The notes below the pieces were generated by a model that worked only from the letters and a program-made list of their open reading frames with translations, did no database searches and was not told the DNA's origin. From assembly GCF_006345805.1 (NCBI RefSeq), contig NC_043000.1, positions 64,170,001 through 64,234,000 on the forward strand: a stretch of DNA of 64,000 nucleotides, written 5' to 3'. The translations under genes and the position numbers were made by a program. The stretch comes from Octopus sinensis. Its lineage: Eukaryota. Shown here in pieces: positions 55,401 through 62,400 of the stretch (position 1 is the first letter of the stretch; the number at the start of each line of letters is the position of its first letter).

Positions 55401-56188
55401 CACAGCCAATCAAAGATTACTAGTTTATGTCCTGTCTGTGATACTGTATTGAATCCATGGCCAAGACTTTCTCAAGAGCAGTCTACTTAGCTCTAAGTTG
55501 GATTGAGGTGATATAATTCAGTGTTGTAAAATAATAGTGGTCTCACTGGAATTTGTATCTGGAGAGAACTGTCTCTCATTTACTTAATTCTGTTGTAAAC
55601 CATAGAGAAAAACCAATCCTATGAAGGCAAAATTCCCACTTTTTAGCAACCTAATTCAATTCCTATTTATAATTAGCAACAATAAAATGAGAATTTACAT
55701 ATTAATTAAACATACCAATATTATTTACACTATTAAATACTTACTAATATGGCTTTGTTTTAAAAGTTTAAAAATGAAGAGTTTAAGAATGTAAATCCTG
55801 CTCAGCACTATTTGATTTTAAAGTCTGCTCCAGGTCATGTTCCTGACTTCACTTCTTAATTTCACATTCTTGATCTCTTTGCCTTCAAACACTGAGCCAT
55901 ATATAATGACACCGTGCAAAAATTCTCTTCGTTTTGCTGATTCTGCTGCTTATTCCTGAAAGCTTTGTGTAAACAATATTGTTGCTCTTTGCCTCAACAG
56001 GGTGCTACATGACAGTACATGTTGCTCTTCTTCCTCATGGGATCTACCTCAGGCTTCATCATCTCTCCTCCCTGCTTATTTTTCTCTGCTAAGTATACAC
56101 TCTAGGGGTGTTTGAAATGGTTATATAGCACTACTTTTCAGACTCATATATATATATACATACATACACACACACACATATATATATA

Positions 56189-56230
<42 letters not shown>

Positions 56231-59200
56231 ATACCAGTTTTTATCTGAATAAAATGATAAATTGTGAAAGATAAAAAAAGACTGATGCTGATCTGCATCA
56301 CTAAAAAAATTGTATTTATTAGTATAAAAGTAAGATGATTTAAGTTGATATGCTACCAATATGAAAAGTTTCCAACATTTTGGACAGAGTTCTTTGGAGA
56401 AAAAGTTTGGTATGTGTTTTCTGAATGAGATATGAGACTTCAAAGATTTCATTTTACATTTTAAGACATGATTAATGGGAATTTGGCTGTATCAAATAGA
56501 TATGAGAATATTTGATAATTAAAATAAAATTCTGTAACAAACACACTTTTCAGCACATCTCACTGTTAACATTGCTCTGCAAAATTTCTAATTTTTTATT
56601 TTTATTTTCAGTTTATCTAACTTTTTTTTTACTACACTTTTTGCTTTGCTTTAAAATTGTTAATATATAGAATGCTTTTTATTTATTTGTTGCTAAATTG
56701 TTTGCTATTCTGAGTAGTGAATACTATGATTTTCTTGTATCCGTTGTAGAGTGAGTCTGGGGAAGTCAGGCCCTCAAGGAATGTCCAAAAGTACCTATGA
56801 TGATCCCCCAAGTAACAAGTATCATCCACTACCCCATTCACACTATAGTTATGGTGTTCCTGCCAACCAAAGCAACCATTATCCAGTATACCCTCCCCCT
56901 TCCTATCCAGAGAGTAAGTTTTGATATCTCCATTTTCCTGCCTATCTGTTCGTCTGTGTGTCTTTGTGTATCTTAAATTTTATGTTTGCAATGATACATT
57001 TTTGTACTGCCTTGCAATATTACCTCAAATATTGATGTTGAACAACATTGCAATTTAGAATGATTTCTTACACTTTCATTTTTAGTTTAGCATGGTGTTT
57101 CAATGCTAAGACCAGACAGCTTCAGTAATGACCTAAATTGTCTGCTCTATGTGTTAGAATTCATTATCCGTCAGCCTTTCTAAAATGCTAATATTTAATA
57201 TAACTACATTATATGTTCTTTAAATATTTATCAACTTGAAATCTTTAACAGCCAAAGCCTTAGACTGCTGTATACTTCTTAAGAACCTTGTAGTGAATTT
57301 CATGATCTCTAAATTTCTGAAAAGGTCTCTAATCAGTAAGCCATACTTTATGCTAACATTGGTGATTTAAGAATGTTTGAAGCATTTACATACCATCATA
57401 AGTAAAGAAACACTTTCTGCTGTGCACAATGTCAAGCTACCAAATTTTACTTTCAAAGCATTAGTCAACCTAGGGCTACAGTCAAAGATATTTGTCCAAG
57501 GTGCTACACAGTGATATCAAACCCTGAACATGTTTGTAAAGCAAATTTAATCACATGACTATGCTAGCTTTTTTAAATTTTTTTCTTTTGTTTTTGCTTC
57601 TTGCCAGATAGTTCTACTTTCAAAGTAATTTATAGATTAATAGAAATGCAATTTACTGAGGAATTATCTTGTATTTTATTTCAATGTATGTCTTCTAAAC
57701 AGTACTTTAAGTATGCTAAGTTTCTTACCTTTTAAGCTGTTTTTTCTTAGTATTCACACTTACGTTTCCCAGAGTACTTTAATTTCATTTAGCTTACTTT
57801 CATGCCTCATTATAATCACAGCTACATTTTTCTTTCTGGAAACTTACCAATATTTCTTATGTCTAATATACAGCTGTTCTACATATTTTATTTGAAACAA
57901 TTTTTAGAGTTACGTCCTTCCAGGATTGACTAATAGTTATACTTGATAATTTTTTTCATTTATTGCTAATTATACTAGAAGTTTGCTTAAGTTAATATAA
58001 ATGTTTTCTGCTACTTTTCAAGCTACCTACATTTATCTTTTGCTTTCTCTGGTTTTACACCTAAACTATATAGCTTTGTTGCAATTGAATAAAGATTGCA
58101 GATTATGGTGGTGTTTGTAAAAGATACTCTGTGTTTATTTAAATTACATATATAACTAACCTTTAGATGGTCACTTTTGGATGAGCTTCTTCCAAATATG
58201 TGTGCATTTTAAAAACTGAATATGACCTGTATCTAGTGATTACTTCACAATATAAGGGTCATAAAATGAGATGTTTTTATCACCTGCTGGTGTGGTAAAT
58301 CATTTCATAAGGCTAAAAGGAATATATTTTTAAACTAATAAAGCTATTCCTGAAACATGTGTTGACTACTTGATGACAAAATTAAATGAGTTATAAATAG
58401 TATTGGTTCTTTTTTCTTCTTTCTCTACTTTCAATTAAATTTTGGAAAGATTATGTAATTTATAATTCTCAAGTTCAGTAGAGTAAGCCTTAATAATTAG
58501 TGTACCACTATTTCATATCAGATAATACTTATCCGCATTTAAAATTAACTGTTTGGGAAACTGAAGACTCACGAGCTCGCCGCAGGTAATTAAAGTATAT
58601 ATTTTCTAATTCATCTATCATTTCCTACATCCATTTGGATCAATTAAAGCCAGAAGTTAGGACCAAGTATTTGGAGGTAAAAAAAAAAAAAACTGTATAT
58701 AAAATAGATTTAGTCATACTAGTAGGTGAAGTAATGTATAGTAAGTAGATTTATAGACATTTCGTGGTATCAGTAAATAAATGTATAAAAAGACCTGTAG
58801 TTATTTGAAGGTGAAGATATATCAGCAAGTGAATAATGTATACAAAGTAAATTTATAGGTATTTGAAGGCGAAGAACTGTATATAGATATAGATTAGTTG
58901 GTGAAGAAATTCTAATATTGTATAGGAAATTTCTTAGAATGTGTGATTCAATGATAAGTGTGAGTGGCTTACATTGTGACATTTAGAGGTGTTTTCATAA
59001 GTAAAATCCTAGCATTGATAAAAGACGGGGGAGTGGTATGTGAATAAAAATAAACTAGAAATACATTTACACTTTATATATATATAACACATCATTCATC
59101 ATTGCTGCATCCAGTTTGAGTTGTCTCCTAAAGTCGTTTTTGTTCATGTTTATCCTATAATTTTATATTTTGAATTTTTTTGTGTGTTTGTCACATATTG

Positions 59201-59947
59201 TAAAATACCAAGTTTTGAATCTGAAATTGCTGAATTGTTTTTCTTTCTTTCTTTTTCTTTTCAAATTGTGGTTCTATTGTTTCCTAGTTGTATATTTGCC
59301 TGGCAAGTTACTTGATCTTAGATTGTGTTGAAACTAAAATCCTTACATGTAGTAGCAATATAATAGCCATCTAATCCATATATACACTATTATACTCATT
59401 TTTGTTATTTTCTTGATAGTGCTGTATATTTAGACATGTCTGTGTTTTCTCATGGAACTGAACCAGGCAGATGTCCCAAAAGAATTTCTTTTTATACTTC
59501 ATACTATCACAAAATAAAACAAAATGTTAATATAACAGTGTTTCCAATGGCTATCATAATTCCTTCACAATGTAATTAGTTTCTATGCTGCCATTTTAAA
59601 AACAAACTGAGTTACATTCCTAAACAAACTGTATCATTCGAGAGCTATTTCTGACATAGAACTGAGAAACTCATTTTCTTTTAACAGTGAGTTTTCCAGA
59701 TATGTACAACTCAGTTTTGTACTCAGTCTGAAGACTTTTCATACTTTTTCCAAATTACCCCCAACACACACACACACCAAAAAAAAAAAAAAAAACAATG
59801 TATTCAAAATTGTTTACTTATCCAGTTTCTCTTTCATTTAAAGCACTTCAGTGCTTAGCCATAAATAGTGCCATTGAAATTTTTCCACTTTCTTATTGCA
59901 GCAAGAATGAACCCGAACCGTTACTGAGTCCCAACTCTGATGTTTGA
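2058..59947 (+). CDS. PROM1: Prominin-family (CD133-like) pentaspan membrane glycoprotein, 5'-partial, 24-exon model
   Basis: Join of 2058-2124, 6599-6682, 10047-10234, 11250-11318, 15225-15288, 16108-16181, 19605-19687, 19844-19990, 20288-20417, 22647-22723, 23476-23554, 26400-26546, 34593-34658, 36620-36694, 37916-37966, 39246-39326, 40160-40228, 41774-41863, 43577-43692, 44925-45131, 45911-45961, 56750-56913, 58522-58585, 59902-59947 = 2289 nt, in frame, all introns GT-AG. Prominin hallmarks: [68 protein letters not shown]. Several exon lengths and phases (64, 81, 69, 116 nt) match my recollection of human PROM1. The symbol denotes the family; the gene is probably co-orthologous to vertebrate PROM1/PROM2. 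Confidence 0.95.
4782..4818. repeat. (TA)n microsatellite
   Basis: Direct reading. Confidence 0.95.
4910..5854 (-). mobile_element. Decayed Tc1-family transposase (pseudogene)
   Basis: Minus-strand pieces [43 protein letters not shown] (HTH), [36 protein letters not shown] and C-terminal [19 protein letters not shown]; frameshifts and stops; TIRs not identified. Confidence 0.9.
5939..5974. repeat. (TG)18 microsatellite
   Basis: Direct reading. Confidence 0.97.
6005..6200. repeat. Interspersed repeat family D, ~200 bp, degenerate (copies about 1-190, 10320-10540, 10940-11140, 19195-19390, 39350-39550, 46820-47160, 50270-50420, 52920-53110)
   Basis: Shared motifs gacctatgatcaaag, tccagct.tgacca and gatttggctgctatttctagcagg in both orientations. 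Confidence 0.7.
6599..6682 (+). CDS. PROM1: Prominin exon 2 ([28 protein letters not shown]), phase 1-1
   Basis: tctttttcattatcag|AT...GAAG|gtaagt; 84 nt, open. Confidence 0.88.
6808..7190 (-). mobile_element. tRNA-derived SINE family A (other copies about 13417-13715 +, 23070-23393 -, 41895-42235 -, 63435-63785 -; fragments near 1130, 3780, 9240, 26220, 57440)
   Basis: Shared core gcttctttcagtttcc.tctaccaaatccactcacaaggctttgg..ggctatagtagaagacacttgcccaagg; tRNA-like head with B-box-like ggttc..gtccc on the sense strand. Confidence 0.85.
10047..10234 (+). CDS. PROM1: Prominin exon 3 ([16 protein letters not shown]...NCTNCNEIK...ANFSK), phase 1-0
   Basis: ttttttcag|AA...AAG|gtaaga; 188 nt; coiled-coil-like with the Cys pair of extracellular loop 1; overlaps ORF 10031-10246. 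Confidence 0.92.
11250..11318 (+). CDS. PROM1: Prominin exon 4 ([23 protein letters not shown]), phase 0-0
   Basis: cttttttttcag|CTG...GAA|gtaagt; 69 nt, open. Confidence 0.88.
11903..12046 (+). mobile_element. RTE-clade LINE RT fragment
   Basis: [48 protein letters not shown]. Confidence 0.85.
12070..12498 (+). mobile_element. SINE/non-autonomous family B with (GAT)n tail and an internal ~64-bp tandem unit (other copies about 4130-4560, 9705-9888, 23620-24350, 25045-25140, 29004-29960, 35388-35600, 43120-43330, 54778-55190)
   Basis: Shared core ggcattaggaagggcatccagctgtagaaac and tail aacccatgccagcatggaaaac.gacgttaaatgatgatg. Confidence 0.85.
14283..14527 (-). mobile_element. CR1/L2-type LINE 3' end
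   Basis: [30 protein letters not shown] matches the CR1 C-terminal motif; (TAA)n-like run next to the 3' end; a short copy of the same 3' end lies near 43750-43790. Confidence 0.8.
14833..15091 (+). mobile_element. hAT-type MITE copy 1 (degenerate TIRs)
   Basis: tagtggttctcaatt...ggttgagaattatta; internal sequence shared with 38138 (inverted) and 47179. Confidence 0.75.
15225..15288 (+). CDS. PROM1: Prominin exon 5 ([21 protein letters not shown]), phase 0-1
   Basis: ttctcattgcag|GCT...AAAA|gtaagt; 64 nt; required to bridge phase 0 to phase 1. Confidence 0.88.
16108..16181 (+). CDS. PROM1: Prominin exon 6 ([25 protein letters not shown]), phase 1-0
   Basis: ttttatttag|AT...GAA|gtaagt; 74 nt; open only in phase 1. 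Confidence 0.88.
16946..17157. mobile_element. Tc1/mariner-type MITE
   Basis: 26-bp TIRs tagggtgacccaaaagtaggtttaca / tgtaaacctacttttgggccaccctg (24/26 match), flanked by TA. Confidence 0.9.
18100..18985 (-). mobile_element. RTE-clade LINE reverse transcriptase fragment
   Basis: ORF 18535-19053 ([37 protein letters not shown]...[15 protein letters not shown]...[12 protein letters not shown]), continuing to [12 protein letters not shown]. Confidence 0.95.
19605..19687 (+). CDS. PROM1: Prominin exon 7 ([28 protein letters not shown]), phase 0-2
   Basis: ctgtctttaaacag|GAT...TCC|gtgagt; 83 nt. Confidence 0.9.
19844..19990 (+). CDS. PROM1: Prominin exon 8, TM3 and Cys-rich intracellular loop ([48 protein letters not shown]), phase 2-2
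   Basis: gtttttcatttag|A...AC|gtgagt; 147 nt; strong prominin motif. Confidence 0.96.
20288..20417 (+). CDS. PROM1: Prominin exon 9, TM4 ([43 protein letters not shown]), phase 2-0
   Basis: ttttatttcag|T...CAG|gtaaca; 130 nt; strong prominin motif. Confidence 0.96.
20757..21663. mobile_element. Mariner-like non-autonomous remnant with an internal TIR-like copy
   Basis: Ends tatgagatgtgttaaaaaagtatctgacc and ttttttgaatgcacttcata resemble inverted mariner TIRs; a similar motif tacgaggtgtgttcaaaagtatcc lies near 21080. Confidence 0.6.
22647..22723 (+). CDS. PROM1: Prominin exon 10 ([26 protein letters not shown]), phase 0-2
   Basis: ttatttgtag|CCA...GGA|gtaagt; 77 nt. Confidence 0.88.
23476..23554 (+). 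CDS. PROM1: Prominin exon 11 ([26 protein letters not shown]), phase 2-0
   Basis: catcttctttcag|A...AAT|gtgagt; 79 nt; matches the prominin C..N...Y..L.L pattern. Confidence 0.92.
26400..26546 (+). CDS. PROM1: Prominin exon 12 ([49 protein letters not shown]), phase 0-0
   Basis: aatttttcag|GAA...GAG|gtaagt; 147 nt; overlaps ORF 26307-26594. Confidence 0.92.
26950..27375 (+). mobile_element. 3' fragment of an RLE-endonuclease non-LTR retrotransposon (HERO-like)
   Basis: [52 protein letters not shown] and [19 protein letters not shown] match the ELTVPWE..KY.ELV..C..GW..PIEVGCRGF..WLW.KR signature as recalled; followed by a 3' UTR-like tract. Confidence 0.8.
27955..27963 (+). CDS. Candidate microexon m1, 9 nt (LHK), phase 0-0
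   Basis: tttcttcttttctattctcaag|CTTCATAAG|gtgagt: long pyrimidine tract and consensus donor. Confidence 0.6.
28441..28486. repeat. (TG)n followed by TA-rich microsatellite
   Basis: Direct reading. Confidence 0.93.
28764..28778 (+). CDS. Candidate microexon m2, 15 nt (ISNEK), phase 0-0
   Basis: ttttgctttgtag|ATATCAAATGAGAAG|gtttgt. Confidence 0.5.
30054..31310 (-). mobile_element. Decayed RTE-clade LINE (RT to C-terminus, internally deleted)
   Basis: Minus ORFs [62 protein letters not shown] and [19 protein letters not shown]. Confidence 0.93.
31358..31398. repeat. Interrupted (TG)n microsatellite
   Basis: Direct reading. Confidence 0.93.
32909..32928 (+). CDS. Candidate microexon m3, 20 nt (DIGNAA+AT), phase 0-2
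   Basis: About 55-nt pyrimidine-rich tract ending ttctttctgcttctcccttgttgaag|GATATTGGAAATGCAGCAAT|gtgagt. Confidence 0.6.
34066..34080 (+). CDS. Candidate microexon m4, 15 nt (A+DIVN+AG), phase 2-2
   Basis: ctctaatttttctgttttcag|AGATATAGTTAACAG|gtgatt; open only in phase 2, the phase left by m3. Confidence 0.55.
34301..34313 (+). CDS. Candidate microexon m5, 13 nt (A+WCST), phase 2-0
   Basis: gtgttttattag|ATGGTGTAGTACA|gtaata; restores phase 0 after m3/m4; weakest member of the chain. Confidence 0.35.
34593..34658 (+). CDS. PROM1: Prominin exon 13 ([22 protein letters not shown]), phase 0-0
   Basis: ttctttttacag|CTG...AAT|gtaagt; 66 nt; pattern .GK.....DL...A.NL fits the expected prominin segment. 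Confidence 0.88.
34764..34838 (+). CDS. Candidate cassette exon 13b ([25 protein letters not shown]), phase 0-0
   Basis: caacacccacag|GCC...CAG|gtagag; 75 nt, open, symmetric, 105-nt intron after exon 13; acceptor tract only moderate. Confidence 0.45.
34890..35342 (-). mobile_element. Young 5'-truncated RTE/RTE-X-type LINE insertion with 13-bp TSD
   Basis: Uninterrupted frame [60 protein letters not shown]; (TGA)n tail; CpGs retained; AACTTAGTGTAGT at 34877-34889 and 35343-35355. Confidence 0.93.
36620..36694 (+). CDS. PROM1: Prominin exon 14 ([25 protein letters not shown]), phase 0-0
   Basis: tttttttgtatag|GGT...AAG|gtattt; 75 nt. Confidence 0.88.
37916..37966 (+). CDS. PROM1: Prominin exon 15 ([17 protein letters not shown]), phase 0-0
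   Basis: gacttatttcag|AAT...ACG|gtaaat; 51 nt. Confidence 0.87.
38138..38349 (-). mobile_element. hAT-type MITE copy 2 with 8-bp TSD
   Basis: TIRs CAGTGGCTCTCAACC / GGTTGGGAACCACTG; direct repeat ATGTAGAC at 38130-38137 and 38350-38357. Confidence 0.92.
39246..39326 (+). CDS. PROM1: Prominin exon 16 ([27 protein letters not shown]), phase 0-0
   Basis: ttgtttttcag|GAA...GTG|gtaaat; 81 nt. Confidence 0.9.
39887..39952. repeat. Three tandem copies of tttatggccattacacaccat(t)
   Basis: Directly visible 21-22-bp triplication. Confidence 0.95.
40160..40228 (+). CDS. PROM1: Prominin exon 17 ([23 protein letters not shown]), phase 0-0
   Basis: ttcatttatacag|GTG...AAG|gtaatt; 69 nt. Confidence 0.88.
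41774..41863 (+). CDS. PROM1: Prominin exon 18 ([30 protein letters not shown]), phase 0-0
   Basis: ttgattttcag|TTA...TTA|gtaagt; 90 nt; conserved C.P....C....PL motif. Confidence 0.95.
43577..43692 (+). CDS. PROM1: Prominin exon 19, TM5 ([38 protein letters not shown]), phase 0-2
   Basis: ttgttttctag|AAT...TGA|gtaagt; 116 nt; hallmark TM5 motif. Confidence 0.97.
44925..45131 (+). CDS. PROM1: Prominin exon 20, tandem-repeat cytoplasmic exon ([68 protein letters not shown]), phase 2-2
   Basis: tacttctttatag|G...ATAG|gtttgt; 207 nt; the repeat array is bounded exactly by splice sites and is open in the phase left by exon 19. Confidence 0.8.
45911..45961 (+). CDS. PROM1: Prominin exon 21 ([16 protein letters not shown]), phase 2-2
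   Basis: atatctctgcag|T...TAG|gtaagt; 51 nt; acidic/Tyr plus HIPL resembles the prominin tail D..YD...IP(M/L) segment. Confidence 0.85.
47179..47410 (+). mobile_element. hAT-type MITE copy 3
   Basis: caatggttcttaact...ggttgagaaccaccg; same internal sequence as copy 1. Confidence 0.8.
48180..48385 (+). mobile_element. SINE family C (other copies about 7350-7545 +, 33610-33715 +, and a tandem pair at 41330-41715 -)
   Basis: ggcaagctggcagaattgttagcacgctgggcaaaatgcttagc...ttctgagttcaaat...gcctttc...gtcgataaaat.agtaccagt. Confidence 0.85.
51380..51840 (+). mobile_element. Two decayed RTE C-terminal/3' fragments
   Basis: [31 protein letters not shown] (about 51430-51535) and QAIKVEGTC...[12 protein letters not shown]-like piece with a 3' tail (about 51650-51840). 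Confidence 0.7.
52090..52390. repeat. 30-bp minisatellite, about 9-10 degenerate units (atctctacctgtgttaaccatcccaaattc)
   Basis: Visible 30-bp periodicity; the best units are at 52141-52290. Confidence 0.9.
53720..54330 (+). mobile_element. Decayed RTE (BovB-like) LINE fragment, pre-RT linker and RT N-terminus
   Basis: Frameshifted pieces [21 protein letters not shown] and [31 protein letters not shown]. Confidence 0.65.
56146..56226. repeat. Compound (TA)/(CA) microsatellite
   Basis: Direct reading. Confidence 0.95.
56750..56913 (+). CDS. PROM1: Prominin exon 22 ([54 protein letters not shown]), phase 2-1
   Basis: tttcttgtatccgttgtag|A...GAGA|gtaagt; 164 nt; GC-richer than its flanks, open, Pro/Tyr/His-rich. 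Confidence 0.85.
58522..58585 (+). CDS. PROM1: Prominin exon 23 ([21 protein letters not shown]), phase 1-2
   Basis: tttcatatcag|AT...GCAG|gtaatt; 64 nt; open in the required phase; CpG-rich in CpG-poor surroundings. Confidence 0.72.
59902..59947 (+). CDS. PROM1: Prominin terminal coding exon 24 ([15 protein letters not shown]), phase 2
   Basis: ttttccactttcttattgcag|C AAG ... GAT GTT TGA; phase matches exon 23; ends in a class-I PDZ-type -SDV. Confidence 0.72.
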
Positions 59948-62400
59948 ACATGAAGGATCATAAGTCACTTTACTTGAAACCATATCTTCATTGGAATTAA
60001 ACAGGATGATATCAGTGTTATACACTAAGTCCAGTGCATCTAATATTCGATTCTTTTCAAGCTCTTCATCCTTCATATTTTATTCCTCTAGGTTTTTAGA
60101 CTAATATATTATTGTTGCCAAAGAAAAGTGCAAGGTTATTTAAATTTGTTTTCTAGTGCCAATTCTGATTTGTTGGACTAAAAACTTTGTAAATCATCAT
60201 TTCAAAAAATGTTTTGTTTGCTTTTTTTTTTTTCTTTCAACGAAACATTCCAATTTTCACGAGTTTTTTCATATCACAATAAATTCTTTACTTGGAATTT
60301 TTCTCCCTGCTCTTGGCTCAAACCCAACCCAAGTTTAGATTCTCTCTTCCATGTCATTTACTTCTGTTGACCACTCACAGGAAGTCTAGTTATTTTAATA
60401 TGTTATAAAGATAATCAGTAAATAATTCATCTGACAAAAACTGAATGAAATCTGATGATCTCGTTGATGATTGTTTTATAATAAAATTCCTTAGGTCTCA
60501 GTAATCACAATCGTGACATATTACTTAAATTATGAAGATATGTTTAACTAGTGATTGTTTCTGGGAATCTATAGCCTGTGATAAGTGTATCAGTTACATT
60601 GAAATATTGATTTCTTTTAGCTGTTTACTGATTAAACTTTAGTTTAATTTATCCACCATCATTCTCGTTAAGATTCAGTAAGAAAATATTTAATTCCCCT
60701 CAAAATTTTTTGGTTTCATATTTCATCTGGAGTTGGTATAAAAACTTCTATTTGCTGCAGGAGGAAAAAAATACAAAACATACATTTTAATAACTTGACA
60801 ATAAAATATATTTTTTCATTTACCTTTGAATAAATTTATCTTTAATAAAACAATATTTTAAGCATCAAGTAATACATGGCTTACATTGTACAAAGAAAAA
60901 AAAAATGTATTTCTTTTTATGCTTCCAATCAGTGAATTTTTCTTGTTGGTTAGATTATTGAAAATCTATTCTACCAAAGTTGACTTGAATGAAAGAGATC
61001 TTGATCTAATCACTCAACTGGACTTTTGTCAGAAAATTGGAACTTTTAATTGTTATCAAACCTTTTTGATAACAGATTTAAATTACATAAAATGTATAAA
61101 ATGATCAACTTTGCTCAAGATGAGCTTTTATTTCTCTAATTTTTTAAAATCTTCTTAAACTTATATTTAAGTATTTGAACATTTTTGGAATTTGTTGCAA
61201 TATCGACCAGTTCCCTTTGCTCAAACTATTTATATATACAAGGATTTCTATATATTTCCATTTTCTTGATTGTAGTTTATCAACAAATCCCTTTGTAAAA
61301 CAGATTCTCAATTTCACCTCCATCATCACGCCTCTCTTTTTTTTAGCATCAAGCTGGCATTTGTAACAAATGATCATAGTTGCCCAAATTTTACTCTCAC
61401 AGATCAATAAATTCAATTTCCCATTGGCCTTTTTTTAACTCAAAACATTAAAAAAAAACTCTAATAGTTTCATACACAGCAAAGTATCCTTATACATTAG
61501 TAAGTCTTAGCTTAAATTTGGGAGGGAGAGGGGCTTTTAAGTGATATTTAAATGCTTTTTCAATTTTCAAAGCATAAAATCTTTTATTTATTATTTTCCA
61601 TTTGAAGTTAATTTCTTACCAGTCAGACCATTTTATTTCAGATGGTTTCATTTTATTTTATATCTAAATGTATGACTGTGATAATCTTAATTATTTGAGT
61701 TCTGGCCATTTAACTTTTTTTCTTTTCATTTAAACATCTATATATATGGATTAACATACATGACTGCTGAACAACTGTCTTATGACATGTGCTGAATAAA
61801 TCAAGATTATACTTACACATTTCTGTTCAATTGACTTGTGTTTAACTTACAAATATTGTTAGCATTTTGAAACTAACTTTTAAATTTATTTTTATGAAAA
61901 TTTCATTTCATATTTTTGACTATCCACAGTAGTTGAGAGCTATTTACATGTCATCCCTGTACTTTTTCTACTGGAATTTTCGTTGTTGTCAACAACTGGG
62001 CTAGTTGATTTAATTTTATATTGTCAGCATATGACAGTCTCTACCACATATTCCTTCTATGATTTCATAGCCAACTGCTGTTGTCAACTTGTCTCTTCCC
62101 AATTTCATTATTGGTAGATATTTCAAGTGCCTTAAAATAGTATGGCTTTTTCTATAACATGACATTAGTAAGTATGCTATTTTAACATTCATTTTGATAA
62201 GATATTAAAGGAAAAAGAAACCAACATTTTATTTATGTGTTTTGTTGTTACTGAAAAAAAAATGGTTACAATCATTTTGGTGGTCTTCATTAAGTATAAG
62301 ACATGAATAAAGTCTTACTGTTATCTCCTAGACAATTCTTCATTAATATAGTATATCAACATTTTACCAAATTACATTTAACCTTTTAGTATTCACATTA
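59948..62400 (+). other. Probable long 3' UTR of prominin (end not determined)
   Basis: AT-rich, no recognisable TE copies, several AATAAA hexamers (near 60280, 60800, 60845, 61405, 61795 and 62305). Confidence 0.4.

Noticed and set aside
57086-57128. Acceptor-like sites (ctttcatttttag, tttag) that would end the protein as ..PEI* or ..[12 protein letters not shown]
   Set aside because: They cannot be distinguished from chance without transcripts; exon 23 has stronger support.
59420-59579. Alternative phase-2 acceptor followed by 52 open codons ([10 protein letters not shown]...QCN*)
   Set aside because: No motifs or compositional coding signal; the 59902 exon has a better acceptor and a meaningful C-terminus.
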